From positions 1,600,001 through 1,664,000 of the forward strand of contig CAWJET010000001.1 in NCBI GenBank assembly GCA_963842085.1: DNA of 64,000 bases, read 5' to 3'. The first letter of the stretch is position 1. Every line of letters begins with the position of its first letter. A program made the translations under genes and the position numbers. Of this stretch, positions 1-10,553 are shown piece by piece. This DNA is from an uncultured delta proteobacterium. Its GTDB lineage: Bacteria; Desulfobacterota; Binatia; Binatales; Binataceae. The notes beneath the pieces were generated by a model. The model was not told the origin of the DNA. It saw nothing but the letters and a program-made list of their open reading frames with translations, and made no database searches.

Positions 1-1257
1 CCAACACCTTATGCATGCCAGGGGGTGATGCTGCTCGGAGCGATCCTGACGGCATGGGCACTTGCTCGAATCGCCGCGTACCTTGAACTGCCCCTTTATA
101 AGCTGGCCTTTCTGGCTGTTACGCTGCCCTTCGGTGTGCACCTTGCCTACCCGAGCTTGGGACATTCGATCGAGGCCGCGCTCGTCTCGAACGCGATAGC
201 CGAACAACTGGCTGGCCGGAAGGCAATGGCTTTAGCACTGTGCGCGGCCGCGGTCTTTGCAATACCTAAGCTCGCCTACTTTTACGGTCTGATCTTGATA
301 GCGCTAATCGTGGTGGAGTTCAAAAGGTCACCAAGGAACATCCTCACACAATTTGTGCCGGCTGCGGTAACGGCAATCGCGCTTGCGCTAGTGCTTGGCT
401 GGGTGTACAGCCCAAGCGCGCTAGTTCGAACCATCCTGCCCCTACACGGGATAACCAACTATCACGCTCAGCGTAATGGCTTCTTCACTGGCACAAGCCG
501 AAGCTTTTACTACTTTCCCGGCGTACGTATCGGCTTCTACCTTGGAGGACCTACTGGATTCTGGCTGGTGTGCACCTTCTGGCTGCTCGTCAACGGTGCA
601 ATCTCTCTCCGTCGGCGTTTGCGCGGCCAGTTAAATCCACGCGACGAGATTGTTTTTACTTGTACTGCTCTGCAGGTCGCCTTCGTTACCGTGATGTATG
701 GTCCGCCGGGTACGTGGATCTACTATAGCTATATCCTGGTGATTGGGGTTGCCGCGATCCGTGAAGAGCCTTTGCGGCTGTCGCATGCTGTGATCGGCGC
801 AATGATCGTACTCTCGCTGGTAAGCAACAAGAGCGATCTGCTGGAATTAAGGCATCGATATGCGAGTATGCGAGCCACTCAGCAGTCCTTTGGCCTCTGG
901 GCGTCCGCCGATGAAATCCGAGAATGGCAATATGTAATCGGCTTGGTACGAGGAGATCGCGTCGCCATTCTTACCGAAGCCGGAGCGGCTGCACTCTATG
1001 CTCCGGAGGCCGAGAAGCCAGTGGCATTAAACATGTTCCCAGGCTATCCCGTTGATGAGGAATTGAGTCGCGAAGTAGTAATGCTGCAAAGCGCAAAGTT
1101 CGTCCTTGCACCGATATCTTCAGTTGAAGAACTAGAAGGGCCCTCCTATGGCGGCGCTCTTAGATACTATCCCGAACTGGCGCGAGCGTTGGCAGGTGAT
1201 GATAAATTTTATAGAGGGAAGTACTTCGTCGTCTATAGGCTATCAGCGGCGCGTTAG
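1..1257 (+). CDS. Polytopic membrane protein, 5' end outside the window; possibly a GT-C-like glycosyltransferase
   Basis: Frame is open from base 1; many hydrophobic segments followed by a soluble C-terminal domain; located in a glycan locus. Confidence 0.6.
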   Translation, partial: PTPYACQGVMLLGAILTAWALARIAAYLELPLYKLAFLAVTLPFGVHLAYPSLGHSIEAALVSNAIAEQLAGRKAMALALCAAAVFAIPKLAYFYGLILIALIVVEFKRSPRNILTQFVPAAVTAIALALVLGWVYSPSALVRTILPLHGITNYHAQRNGFFTGTSRSFYYFPGVRIGFYLGGPTGFWLVCTFWLLVNGAISLRRRLRGQLNPRDEIVFTCTALQVAFVTVMYGPPGTWIYYSYILVIGVAAIREEPLRLSHAVIGAMIVLSLVSNKSDLLELRHRYASMRATQQSFGLWASADEIREWQYVIGLVRGDRVAILTEAGAAALYAPEAEKPVALNMFPGYPVDEELSREVVMLQSAKFVLAPISSVEELEGPSYGGALRYYPELARALAGDDKFYRGKYFVVYRLSAAR

Positions 1258-1260
1258 GGT

Positions 1261-1350
1261 CTGGAAGGAGAAGTCGTTGGTGAAGCTCCCGACGCCAACC
1301 GGAGAGGAGAAGAAGGCGCTGCCAGCCTCGTAGGTGCCGCCGTCGGTCAG
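1261..1350 (-). pseudogene. Out-of-frame remnant of an L-type (legume) lectin-like domain
   Basis: Translates LTDGGTYEAGSAFFSSPVGVGSFTNDFSFQ, resembling the start of bacterial L-lectin domains. Confidence 0.6.
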
Positions 1351-4300
1351 GGTGGAGTGTTCACAGGCTGCAGCAGTATCTGAAGCGCCATCCAGGGCTG
1401 GCTCGAGCCGCTGGTGAAGGTGAGATCCCCGGTCGGGTTCAGAGACGTGAGCGGGCCTGCGTACCACCCCTCGTTGGAGATCCCGTCTCCCACGTCGACC
1501 TCCTGCCAGTCTTGCGTAAGTCCTTGCGGAGCTGCGTAACCAATCCCCGCGTTCATATCGAGCACCGCCGCAACCAATAGGTCTCCAACCACCGTCGGCG
1601 TCACCGACTGCGCCATTGGGTTGTTGGAATTTCCAGTGTTGTAACTGGGTGCACCGTCGAGCTGGCATTGCCAATTGCTGAAGCACTGAAGCCCGCCCGC
1701 TGACTTGGGACCGCCGCTGCCAAAACTCCATGTGTAGCTGGTCGGACTGGTGGCACACCACCCGGTCGCCGACGCTCCCGTGCCGCTGGTCGAAGTAAAT
1801 CCGAACACCTTGCTCCATCCCGCAGGCGCGACGACTGAATCGAGCCCGTCGTGCAGGATCACCGCGAGGCAGGAATTGCCCGACGCTGCTGGCGACGACG
1901 GTAGGGTCAAGGTCTGGCCGTTGTATTGAGAATTGGTCTCGGGCGGACCCGCAGCCGTTATCGCTTGCCCGGTCATCGCCACCGTCGGAGTAGCCGTCGG
2001 CGTCACCGTCGCGGTCGGTGCCGCGGTCGGCGTCGCGGTCGGCGTCGTGGTCGGTGCCGCAGTGGAGGGCGTGAGAGTGGGAGTTGCGCTGACCGACGCG
2101 GTCGGCGTGGGCGCGGTGTTCACAGGCTGCAGCAGTATCTGAAGCGCCATCCAGGGCTGGCTCGAGCCGCTGGTGAAGGTGAGATCCCCGGTCGGGTTCA
2201 GAGACGTGAGCGGGCCTGCGTACCACCCCTCGTTGGAGATCCCGTCTCCCACGTCGACCTCCTGCCAGTCTTGCGTAAGTCCTTGCGGAGCTGCGTAACC
2301 AATCCCCGCGTTCATATCGAGCACCGCCGCAACCAATAGGTCTCCAACCACCGTCGGCGTCACCGACTGCGCCATTGGGTTGTTGGAATTTCCAGTGTTG
2401 TAACTGGGTGCACCGTCGAGCTGGCATTGCCAATTGCTGAAGCACTGAAGCCCGCCCGCTGACTTGGGACCGCCGCTGCCAAAACTCCATGTGTAGCTGG
2501 TCGGACTGGTGGCACACCACCCGGTCGCCGACGCTCCCGTGCCGCTGGTCGAAGTAAATCCGAACACCTTGCTCCATCCCGCAGGCGCGACGACTGAATC
2601 GAGCCCGTCGTGCAGGATCACCGCGAGGCAGGAATTGCCCGACGCTGCTGGCGACGACGGTAGGGTCAAGCTCTGGCCGTTGTATTCGGAATTGGTCTCG
2701 GGCGGACCCGCAGCCGTTATCGCTTGCCCGGTCATCGCCACCGTCGGAGTAGCCGTCGGCGTCACCGTCGCGGTCGGTGCCGCGGTCGGCGTCGCGGTCG
2801 GCGTCGCGGTCGGCGTCGTGGTCGGTGCCGCAGTGGAGGGCGTGAGAGTGGGAGTTGCGCTGACCGACGCGGTCGGCGTGGGCGCGGTGTTCACAGGCTG
2901 CAGCAGTATCTGAAGCGCCATCCAGGGCTGGCTCGAGCCGCTGGTGAAGGTGAGATCCCCGGTCGGGTTCAGAGACGTGAGCGGGCCTGCGTACCACCCC
3001 TCGTTGGAGATCCCGTCTCCCACGTCGACCTCCTGCCAGTCTTGCGTAAGTCCTTGCGGAGCTGCGTAACCAATCCCCGCGCTCATATCGAGCACCGCCG
3101 CAACCAATAGGTCTCCAACCACCGTCGGCGTCACCGACTGCGCCATTGGGTTGTTGGAATTTCCAGTGTTGTAACTGGGTGCACCGTCGAGCTGGCATTG
3201 CCAATTGCTGAAGCACTGAAGCCCGCCCGCTGACTTGGGACCGCCGCTGCCAAAACTCCATGTGTAGCTGGTCGGACTGGTGGCACACCACCCGGTCGCC
3301 GACGCTCCCGTGCCGCTGGTCGAAGTAAATCCGAACACCTTGCTCCATCCCGCAGGCGCGACGACTGAATCGAGCCCGTCGTGCAGGATCACCGCGAGGC
3401 AGGAATTGCCCGACGCTGCTGGCGACGACGGTAGGGTCAAGGTCTGGCCGTTGTATTCGGAATTGGTCTCGGGCGGACCCGCCGCCGCTATCGCTTGCCC
3501 GGTCACCACCACCGTCGGAGTAGCCGTCGGCGTAAGCAGACCATAGACTGACAATTGGGTCTGCGTGCCAACATAGACCTTACCGTTGGCTATAGTCGGG
3601 ACTGTGAATTTGACCGGCGGGCCGAGGCTGTCGCGAACGAAGTTCTGCCCGGTGTCATACAGCTCGTTGGACAGGTTCGTAGCGTCGTAAGCGTAAAGAG
3701 TGCCCGGATTGGTTGAAGCATAGGCTGACGTATCAATAGTCCACAGTATGCCGTTTTGCGATCCATTTGCGGAAATCGAAGGTGTCGTGCCTGGCCACGC
3801 GAAAGAATGTGACGTCGACATCGTGGGTGTCGAAGACAATAGGCCATTGGAAAGGGAAAACGCCTGCACGCCCTTGCCCGCGGACCCAAAGTAGACGTTG
3901 CCTTGCCAGTAGGCTGGATTGCTGAATAGCCCGCCAATCGTCCCATCGATCTCCTGCACGACGTTATCAGTCGTGGAGCTGAACCCGCCCATACTGTCCC
4001 GATTGACCAAGTAGATGTTCCCCTGTTTTCCCGCGCTGACTAGCAAATGAGTAGGCCCGGTGGTCTGATCAGGCAGCAGCAGGACGCCGCCAGAGCCCAG
4101 GTCGGTATCGTTGGCGGCGAGGGTTGCCTGGTCGAGCGGGGTAAAAGAAGTAGCGACGGTAAAGGTGCTGGCACCCGGCGCCAGATTCAGGAATGAATCG
4201 CCGTAGTCTAGTCCCCCGGTATTGGCGTCGAAGGTGCCGTTGCCGGTGCTGACGAAGACGTTGCCATTTTGATCGGCGCCCGGACCTCCCCCGGTTTGCC

Positions 4301-5237
4301 AGATTCCTCCCTCGATGCCGTTGGGGGAGTCGTTGTAGACGTAGAGCTGCTCGAGAGTTGCCGCGTCATAACCGAGGACCCACCCGTGATAAGGCTGGTT
4401 ATCGCCATGTGAGGCCCAGGCGATGAACACGACTTTGCGCGAAACGGCGGGTTCGTCGACCAACAGCAGGGCCGAGCGTTGATTTTCGCGCAACGCATTG
4501 AAGACCACGTTCCCATTGCCGTCGGTCGGCTGGGAGCTGCCGGGAAAGGACGCCGTGATGCTGACCGGAGTAACAACGTCAATGCCGGCGGTAAGGTTGA
4601 GCGCGTGCAACTGCTGGTAGTAGGTTGGGCCGGGTTCCTTTATTTTTGCTACGACGTAAAGCGTGTTCGTGGCCGGGTCGATTACCGGAGTGCCCGTGAT
4701 TCCGATCTCGGGGACGATATCGCTGGTACCAACATCGCCATTGGGGACTGTGGAGATCTGCAGCGCAGGATTGAGAAAACTGGTTTGCCACAAGGGCGGA
4801 CCCGGCACATCGGCATCGAACGCGTACACGCTGTCATGTTCGGTCGCGACGACGATCAGGTTGTGGGTCGTGTTGTTGCTTAGCGTTACATTCGGCACGT
4901 AAAGAGGCTGGGCATAAACGAAGCCGTCCACCGGCAGTGAAAAGAGTTGACCGAACGAGGTGGTGTTGACATTGGCTGGAGTCAGGACTGTTTCGCTTAA
5001 ATCTTGTCCGCTGCGGAAGTTGTCATTGTGATGAGTCAGCACGCCCTGAAACTGAGTGGATGCCGGCTCTGTGCCGGTTGGGGAAGGGCCGTTTTGGGCG
5101 ATGACGACCGGACCCTCGCGCATAACGTCTGAGTGAAATGGTGCCCAATGCAGAAACCCGACACCGCCAGCCAAACCGACGGTAAGTAAGCTAAACGCTA
5201 AAACCCTGAACAACAAATGACGCGCCCTCCCTCGCAT
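1347..5237 (-). CDS. Large secreted protein: PQQ-like beta-propeller plus three tandem beta-rich domains joined by Pro/Thr linkers
   Basis: N-terminal hydrophobic segment after MRGRARH (ATG 5237; ORF is open to 5357); propeller-family motifs VLTHHNDNFRSG, GITGTPVID, KFTVPTIANGKVYVGT; TPTATPT linkers. Confidence 0.85.
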   Translation of the reverse strand: MRGRARHLLFRVLAFSLLTVGLAGGVGFLHWAPFHSDVMREGPVVIAQNGPSPTGTEPASTQFQGVLTHHNDNFRSGQDLSETVLTPANVNTTSFGQLFSLPVDGFVYAQPLYVPNVTLSNNTTHNLIVVATEHDSVYAFDADVPGPPLWQTSFLNPALQISTVPNGDVGTSDIVPEIGITGTPVIDPATNTLYVVAKIKEPGPTYYQQLHALNLTAGIDVVTPVSITASFPGSSQPTDGNGNVVFNALRENQRSALLLVDEPAVSRKVVFIAWASHGDNQPYHGWVLGYDAATLEQLYVYNDSPNGIEGGIWQTGGGPGADQNGNVFVSTGNGTFDANTGGLDYGDSFLNLAPGASTFTVATSFTPLDQATLAANDTDLGSGGVLLLPDQTTGPTHLLVSAGKQGNIYLVNRDSMGGFSSTTDNVVQEIDGTIGGLFSNPAYWQGNVYFGSAGKGVQAFSLSNGLLSSTPTMSTSHSFAWPGTTPSISANGSQNGILWTIDTSAYASTNPGTLYAYDATNLSNELYDTGQNFVRDSLGPPVKFTVPTIANGKVYVGTQTQLSVYGLLTPTATPTVVVTGQAIAAAGPPETNSEYNGQTLTLPSSPAASGNSCLAVILHDGLDSVVAPAGWSKVFGFTSTSGTGASATGWCATSPTSYTWSFGSGGPKSAGGLQCFSNWQCQLDGAPSYNTGNSNNPMAQSVTPTVVGDLLVAAVLDMSAGIGYAAPQGLTQDWQEVDVGDGISNEGWYAGPLTSLNPTGDLTFTSGSSQPWMALQILLQPVNTAPTPTASVSATPTLTPSTAAPTTTPTATPTATPTAAPTATVTPTATPTVAMTGQAITAAGPPETNSEYNGQSLTLPSSPAASGNSCLAVILHDGLDSVVAPAGWSKVFGFTSTSGTGASATGWCATSPTSYTWSFGSGGPKSAGGLQCFSNWQCQLDGAPSYNTGNSNNPMAQSVTPTVVGDLLVAAVLDMNAGIGYAAPQGLTQDWQEVDVGDGISNEGWYAGPLTSLNPTGDLTFTSGSSQPWMALQILLQPVNTAPTPTASVSATPTLTPSTAAPTTTPTATPTAAPTATVTPTATPTVAMTGQAITAAGPPETNSQYNGQTLTLPSSPAASGNSCLAVILHDGLDSVVAPAGWSKVFGFTSTSGTGASATGWCATSPTSYTWSFGSGGPKSAGGLQCFSNWQCQLDGAPSYNTGNSNNPMAQSVTPTVVGDLLVAAVLDMNAGIGYAAPQGLTQDWQEVDVGDGISNEGWYAGPLTSLNPTGDLTFTSGSSQPWMALQILLQPVNTPP
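1357..3533. repeat. Three near-identical intragenic tandem repeats (periods 759 and 771 bp)
   Basis: gtgttcacaggctgcagcagtatc recurs at 1357, 2116 and 2887; few amino-acid differences (SEY/SQY, GQT/GQS, MSA/MNA). Confidence 0.97.
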
Positions 5238-5419
5238 AAGGCCAACGTCTTCGAAGCGTTGAAGGAGCAGCGCGTCGCGAGTGTACGCGCAGCCCCCTCT
5301 TTGACGGCCGGTTCCATCACTGTGTCGCCGATACTTTCCAACACTGCCCCCTACCATAAGTAGACGATAGGGTACATATCTGTAACGTCAAACGCTAGGG
5401 AAAGGTGGATCTTTGTTTG

Positions 5420-5634
5420 CAAACCGCTCGCTGCGCAGCGGCGCAAGATAGCTGCGACTCGATTGGCGGGCGGACTTCTAGAGCTGAGCAGGCGCGCGCC
5501 CGCCGGAGACATTATTGTTGGGGGCCAGCGCGGTCCAGGAGGCGAAATGGTGCTCGGTAGGCCGGCGGCTCACGTCGGTGCCGATCTCAGCGACCAGTTG
5601 CAGTGCGGCCTGCGGCCCGATGGAATGGATTTGG
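5420..5634 (-). mobile_element. IS110-family transposase fragment
   Basis: Minus-strand translation QIHSIGPQAALQLVAEIGTDVSRRPTEHHFASWTALAPNNNVSGGR, then a frameshift to LLSSRSPPAANRVAAILR. Confidence 0.8.
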
Positions 5635-5938
5635 CCATCGCATGACTCTGCTAATCCACCACATTTCGCTGTTCATGAAACCAGAACGGAAATACGTTCC
5701 GTACTGTCAGTAATCAGTGACCGTCTGTTACGACGATGCGTTGGGATGTTTGCGATGCGTCGTCCGTCATCAACATCTGGTTCTCGATCCGCTTCTTTGA
5801 GTGATTCGCTCGCACGTCGGTCTGAGTCCCAAACCCTCATCGATCGTATTCGTCGGAGATTCCTTTCGCATGACAAGAGAGCTCGCTGCATGTATCGATG
5901 TAATCAACACTGACCGGAGAAGTAGTTTATGCGGAATT

Positions 5939-7246
5939 CTACGGGAAGCGACCGCCTTTCTCCTGTGAGCTCGCTTGACGCATGCTCGCGTACACCTCAG
6001 CGGTTTTGCGCGCGTTCTCGCTCCAGCTGAATACGGCCGCGCGCTGCCGGCCGCTCAGCTGCCTAGCCGCCCAGTGCTCGGGCTGATTGTGGCGTTCAAG
6101 GAGCAGTGCGGCGACCTGACGGACCCACTGCTGGACGTTGCCAGGCGGGCAGTAAACTACCGCTTCGCCGCCCACCTCCTTGAACGCCGGCAGCTCGCTT
6201 GCCACGACTGGCGTGCCGCACGCCAACGACTCGACTACGGGCAGACCGAATCCCTCGCGGTCAGAAGGCAACAAAACCAGGGCAGCGCGCCGGTACACGG
6301 CCGACAAGATTGACCGTTTGATAGGCGGCAACACCTTAATCCGCTCGCCGACGCCGAGCCGCCTCGCTAGCTCTGCCTGGATGTCAGTAAGAGCACCACC
6401 CACTTGGATCAACCGCGCCTCCGGAAATTCTCCAAGCAACGCCGCGAACACTGAAATCAGCACGTCGACGCGCTTGCGCTCAGTAGTGCTGCCGACGTGC
6501 AGCAATTCCAGACCAGCGTCCCCAGTTTTGGGGCCGAGCAAAGCCGCCAGCTCGCGGTCCGCTGGTGCATCGGGTTCGGCGCTAAAGATCGGATCAACCC
6601 CGTTGTGGATGACAACCAGTCGCTCGGCCGGGACCAAGCGGTGTTCGACCAGCTCGGCTTTGGTCGCTTCGCTCACGCAGACAACGCGCGCGGCTTTGCG
6701 CAGCCCGGACAGAATGTGCTGACTCATCTTCCGGAAAATCGGGGAGCGTTTTTCGGCTGCAGGTTCGAACAGGCAACGAAAAGGATCGACGTCGTGACAA
6801 GTGATGACTATCGAATTGGCAGGCAACCGATGCGCAAGGTGGGCGTAGCTGTGATCGACAATATGGAACAAGTCGAAATTGCGGCTCGAGTTGGCGATCA
6901 CCCTTGGGTAGTACCAGAACCGATTCAGCATTCGATCAGCCTTGCGGGCGAGCCTGAGTTGGCCGATCCCCGGCAGCGCAGCGAACCTGGCGCCAAAATC
7001 CGGTCGCAGCGCGGTCACGGCAATTTCCTCGCTTGCGTTGCGCTCAAGGTTTGCGAGCAGCATCTCGGCGACCAGGTCCATGCTCGGCCACTGCTCTTCG
7101 AGCAGGTCGCAGACGATCGCGACCCGCGCAGCGCCGTCGCGGGGGTTTTGCGCTGCGGGTTGTGCGAGCCCGAGATCGAGGCTGGGCGCAAGACCTTCGG
7201 ATAGCCCCGAGCGATCGCCAGTCTCGACGACAGCACTGTTTATCAT
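5939..7246 (-). CDS. Glycosyltransferase family 4
   Basis: EGFGLPVVESLACGTPVVAS motif; ATG 7246 with GGAG upstream (ORF open to 7378). Confidence 0.9.
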   Translation of the reverse strand: MINSAVVETGDRSGLSEGLAPSLDLGLAQPAAQNPRDGAARVAIVCDLLEEQWPSMDLVAEMLLANLERNASEEIAVTALRPDFGARFAALPGIGQLRLARKADRMLNRFWYYPRVIANSSRNFDLFHIVDHSYAHLAHRLPANSIVITCHDVDPFRCLFEPAAEKRSPIFRKMSQHILSGLRKAARVVCVSEATKAELVEHRLVPAERLVVIHNGVDPIFSAEPDAPADRELAALLGPKTGDAGLELLHVGSTTERKRVDVLISVFAALLGEFPEARLIQVGGALTDIQAELARRLGVGERIKVLPPIKRSILSAVYRRAALVLLPSDREGFGLPVVESLACGTPVVASELPAFKEVGGEAVVYCPPGNVQQWVRQVAALLLERHNQPEHWAARQLSGRQRAAVFSWSENARKTAEVYASMRQASSQEKGGRFP

Positions 7247-7599
7247 CCGATCTCCGGCTTGTGTGGCGAATTCCAGCCGCGACCGGTCGTTCGGGACTAA
7301 AGAGGCGGAAGTCGGGCGGTGATTGTCCAACTGTCCGTTCGCGCTTGGTGCGCGTGTCTTGGTTCCCCAGCGATTCATCTCGGGTTGCGCTTTATCCCTC
7401 GCCTCTGCTCGTCGCAGTATACCTTATACCAGATACCAGTTGGCCAGATCTGGTAGACGCTCACGGGCTGGACGACAGCAAACGTGTAGATGAAGCCGCG
7501 CCGTCTTCGATCGAGGTCGGTGGTTGCACAACTCTCATATACTTGACGTTCGGTCTGCGATTTTAGCTCGCGTGCGCAAAGGGAGCGCGCCTTCGCTCG

Positions 7600-7886
7600 T
7601 GTCGACGCCATAGACTATTGACTTCGTATTGAACCAGGATTTGGCGCTCTGGCTCGCCTTCGGCAAGCGCGGCATTGAGTTCGCGCAGGGCTAGCCAAAC
7701 CAAAGCCTCAGGGCATCTTCTGAACCCGGATCGCTCCACTGTTCGCACGCTATGCACAAGCTTTTGGAGCGCAAACTTCGACTTGATCGCCGACTTGCGC
7801 CCAGTCCGTTCGCGACCAGCTCGGTGTAGTCCGATAAGCCGCCCGGTTGCGGCGGGTATTCGCCTGTGATTATGAACCAATTCACG
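7600..7886 (-). pseudogene. Degraded GT4-like glycosyltransferase 5' fragment
   Basis: WFIITGEYPPQPGGLSDYTELVANGL in one frame and ALRELNAAL...QILVQY in another. Confidence 0.7.
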
Positions 7887-7932
7887 GTCGACGGCGCTCC
7901 TGTTGTTTCAAGCGCAGCACTTCGGGAACTCG

Positions 7933-9459
7933 CTACACCACGGCGCCGGTCAAGGTGAGGCGAATACGCGCAACCCACTCGGCCCGCTGTGATTTTGTCA
8001 ACAAAATCAAAGCCGCCACTAACCAATAGCCGCCCGCCGCGGCCGACATTTGCCACCCCATGGTAAACCATTCCGCCGCACCAAAGCGCGCAGCGAAGAC
8101 GTAGACAGATATTCCGTAGGGCACTCCGAGCAGTACCGGTTGAATGAAGGCGAGAATCAACTCCCAAGGCTTGGTATTAAACAGTTGCGCCAGCAATAGA
8201 GGAAGCCACCAGATACTGACGGCACAAAACGCGACTAGCGAGCCCAACACTGGGCCGATTATTCCGAATTTATAGGTAAATGCGATGCTCGCGGAAAGAT
8301 TCAGGATAGTTTGTGATGAAGTAATGGGTAAGATGGAACGCACCTGTCCGGTGCTGTTCACCACCCAGGTCCACAGCGAGAAAGTCGCAAGTAACAAAGC
8401 GTTGACCGCTGCAATTATAGTAAGCGCGTTGCCCCCGTAGCGCGAAGATCCAACCCAGCGCTCGACGAAAAAGTGATTATAGGCCACGACTGGTACAAGA
8501 CCGCCAACTGCTAAGATTGCGACCAGGTGGGTCAACTCGATTAGTCGAGCGTTGAACTGCTGATTCTTTCCCTGGTTGTGCAGTTCGGTCAGGGCGGCCC
8601 AACTCGCTCCGCCGACGGCCTGCAATTCCCGCGTCGCAATGCTGGTAAGTCTTTGCGTGATGAAGAACGGCACCACCACGGCCGGTGACAATACGTAGGC
8701 GATGATGATGTTGTCGGTGAGGTAGCTGAATCGGCCGCAGAGATTGAACACCAACCCCGGCCAGCGCAGTTCCGAGATCGCGGCTTGCGTCGTCTTGTCA
8801 GAGGCCGCCCGGATAGCGCCTTTGAGCAGGCCGGGCAGTCGCGCCTTTTCGGCGATCGCAAGGGCCAGATTGAAGACTACCGTACCGAGCAGCATCGCGA
8901 TCGCTTGACCCGTGATGCCCCAGCCAAGCCACGCCAGGACAATTGAGAGACCGGTCACGAGCGCCCACTGCACCACCAGCAGAGTGTTTATCCAATAGCC
9001 GCGCTGCTCGACCTGAGCGAGAATGCGAAGCGCCGAAAACGGCAGTAGTGAGGTGCCAAGCACCCCGATCAGCCATGCAACCCTAAGGTCCTTCACGTAG
9101 TGGGTGCCAACCGGTATCAGATGGGCGATCACTGCCGTGGCCGCGCCGCCTACCGCGATCATCAGTAGTGCCACGCGCCAGTAGAGGCGCAGCGCTGCGA
9201 ACAGGACCTGGCGCACTGCGCCCTCATCGCCGTTGCTGCAGGCACGTGCGAGCAGGGCCTGAATTGCCTCACCAATTCCGAACTCCAAAAGCGCCAGGTA
9301 TCCGGCCCACTCGGCAACGGTCTCAAACGCTCCGAATCGCTCGTCGCCGAGCCAGTGCAAAATCAGCGGCGTCGCGACCATCGCCACCAGCAACGTGACA
9401 ATGGTCAGAAATTCCTGACTCAGGAACGTCCAGATCGATCTTTGAGTTCTCCGGCTCAT
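7933..9459 (-). CDS. wzx: Wzx-like oligosaccharide flippase (MOP superfamily)
   Basis: Many TM segments; ATPLILHWLGDERFG and TDNIIIAYVL motifs; EPS context. Confidence 0.85.
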   Translation of the reverse strand: MSRRTQRSIWTFLSQEFLTIVTLLVAMVATPLILHWLGDERFGAFETVAEWAGYLALLEFGIGEAIQALLARACSNGDEGAVRQVLFAALRLYWRVALLMIAVGGAATAVIAHLIPVGTHYVKDLRVAWLIGVLGTSLLPFSALRILAQVEQRGYWINTLLVVQWALVTGLSIVLAWLGWGITGQAIAMLLGTVVFNLALAIAEKARLPGLLKGAIRAASDKTTQAAISELRWPGLVFNLCGRFSYLTDNIIIAYVLSPAVVVPFFITQRLTSIATRELQAVGGASWAALTELHNQGKNQQFNARLIELTHLVAILAVGGLVPVVAYNHFFVERWVGSSRYGGNALTIIAAVNALLLATFSLWTWVVNSTGQVRSILPITSSQTILNLSASIAFTYKFGIIGPVLGSLVAFCAVSIWWLPLLLAQLFNTKPWELILAFIQPVLLGVPYGISVYVFAARFGAAEWFTMGWQMSAAAGGYWLVAALILLTKSQRAEWVARIRLTLTGAVV

Positions 9460-10427
9460 TGGCTATGTTCCCGCGCATCCGTCGCGCGAGACACGCACAG
9501 CGCCTTCAGAAAGCCAGTCCTGATCAGGTGCGCCATTCCCTCCTCGTAAAGCAGCGGCCGGAAAAAACCCGGGTAGTGCTTACAGACAAGGTCATCCTTC
9601 AACCCCGGCCGTGTGCTCACCAGATAGGAGTCGGGTAGCAGTCCGACGCCGTAAGCGCTGGAGCATAGCGCGTGCAGGGTTTGTTCGCTGACCCAGGCAT
9701 CAGCGAAGAGTTTCGGGTTTTTCAACCAACGCTCGATAGACTCGAAGTCGATCGACTCGCGCCGGACTAAGAACAGCCCGGAGTTGACGTAAGGCTGCGG
9801 CACGACCCCGAGCTCGGATTCGCACTCCTGAGGGGTGAGCGAATACCAATAGTTCTCGTCCCGGTTGTAATAATTCTTCCGCAGCTGGTCGGCAGGCACA
9901 CATAGTTCAGTGGGTCTGCGGAAGAAAACGATGTCGGAATCGACCGAGATGATGCAGTCAGCGTCGGACAGCAAGAAATAATCCAGTAGTTTACGAGTTG
10001 CGACGTTGCGCAGACGATAGCTCTGGCAGCGTTCGAGCCCGCGCGCACTGAGCAGCTCCGAGACCCGGGCGTTCGACTCCTGCTCGAGGACTAGATGACA
10101 ATCGGGAAAGTGTTGCTGCAACGCGTCAAGGTTTGCCGGCCTTAGGCCACCGTCATGAATATACAGCGGATAGTCGACTCCCGCGAAGTGATAAAAGCTC
10201 TTAAGAGCCCATACAATGTTGACCCAGTCGCGCCACCAGGTGAGCACTCGCACCTCGACCGGGCCGCGGCGGGCCGTACGCACGGGAGGCGTTTTGAGAA
10301 TCTGACGTTGAATCCGGACGCGTCGCCAGGCCGGTCTTAGACCTTCGCGCCAGGTCCACCTTGCATCGAGATAAAGCGGTTGGCGGCCGACCCAGGTCCG
10401 TAATGCTGACAAGGCTGGCATGCGCAT
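9456..10427 (-). CDS. Putative GT-A fold glycosyltransferase
   Basis: HDGG, DxD motif (SVDSDIVF), NSGLF, EQT; stop overlaps the wzx start. Confidence 0.7.
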   Translation of the reverse strand: MRMPALSALRTWVGRQPLYLDARWTWREGLRPAWRRVRIQRQILKTPPVRTARRGPVEVRVLTWWRDWVNIVWALKSFYHFAGVDYPLYIHDGGLRPANLDALQQHFPDCHLVLEQESNARVSELLSARGLERCQSYRLRNVATRKLLDYFLLSDADCIISVDSDIVFFRRPTELCVPADQLRKNYYNRDENYWYSLTPQECESELGVVPQPYVNSGLFLVRRESIDFESIERWLKNPKLFADAWVSEQTLHALCSSAYGVGLLPDSYLVSTRPGLKDDLVCKHYPGFFRPLLYEEGMAHLIRTGFLKALCVSRATDAREHSQ

Positions 10428-10553
10428 TATCCCTGGTCGGCAGTGCTGGGGTGAAGGCGCGGACCGGGGGCGGGCGTGCTGACCAATCTCGCGCTGCCGT
10501 GGCAGCTGACCGCGCACCCGCTATCGATTGACAGCCTACGAGCTCGGGCGGAT

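Noticed and set aside
1980-2120. Short gtcggc/gcggtc tandem repeats resembling an array
   Set aside because: They encode Pro/Thr/Ala linkers; there are no unique spacers and no cas genes.
1243-3348. 701-aa alternative-frame ORF
   Set aside because: Shadow of the repeated domains; only its last ~35 aa (the lectin remnant) look meaningful.
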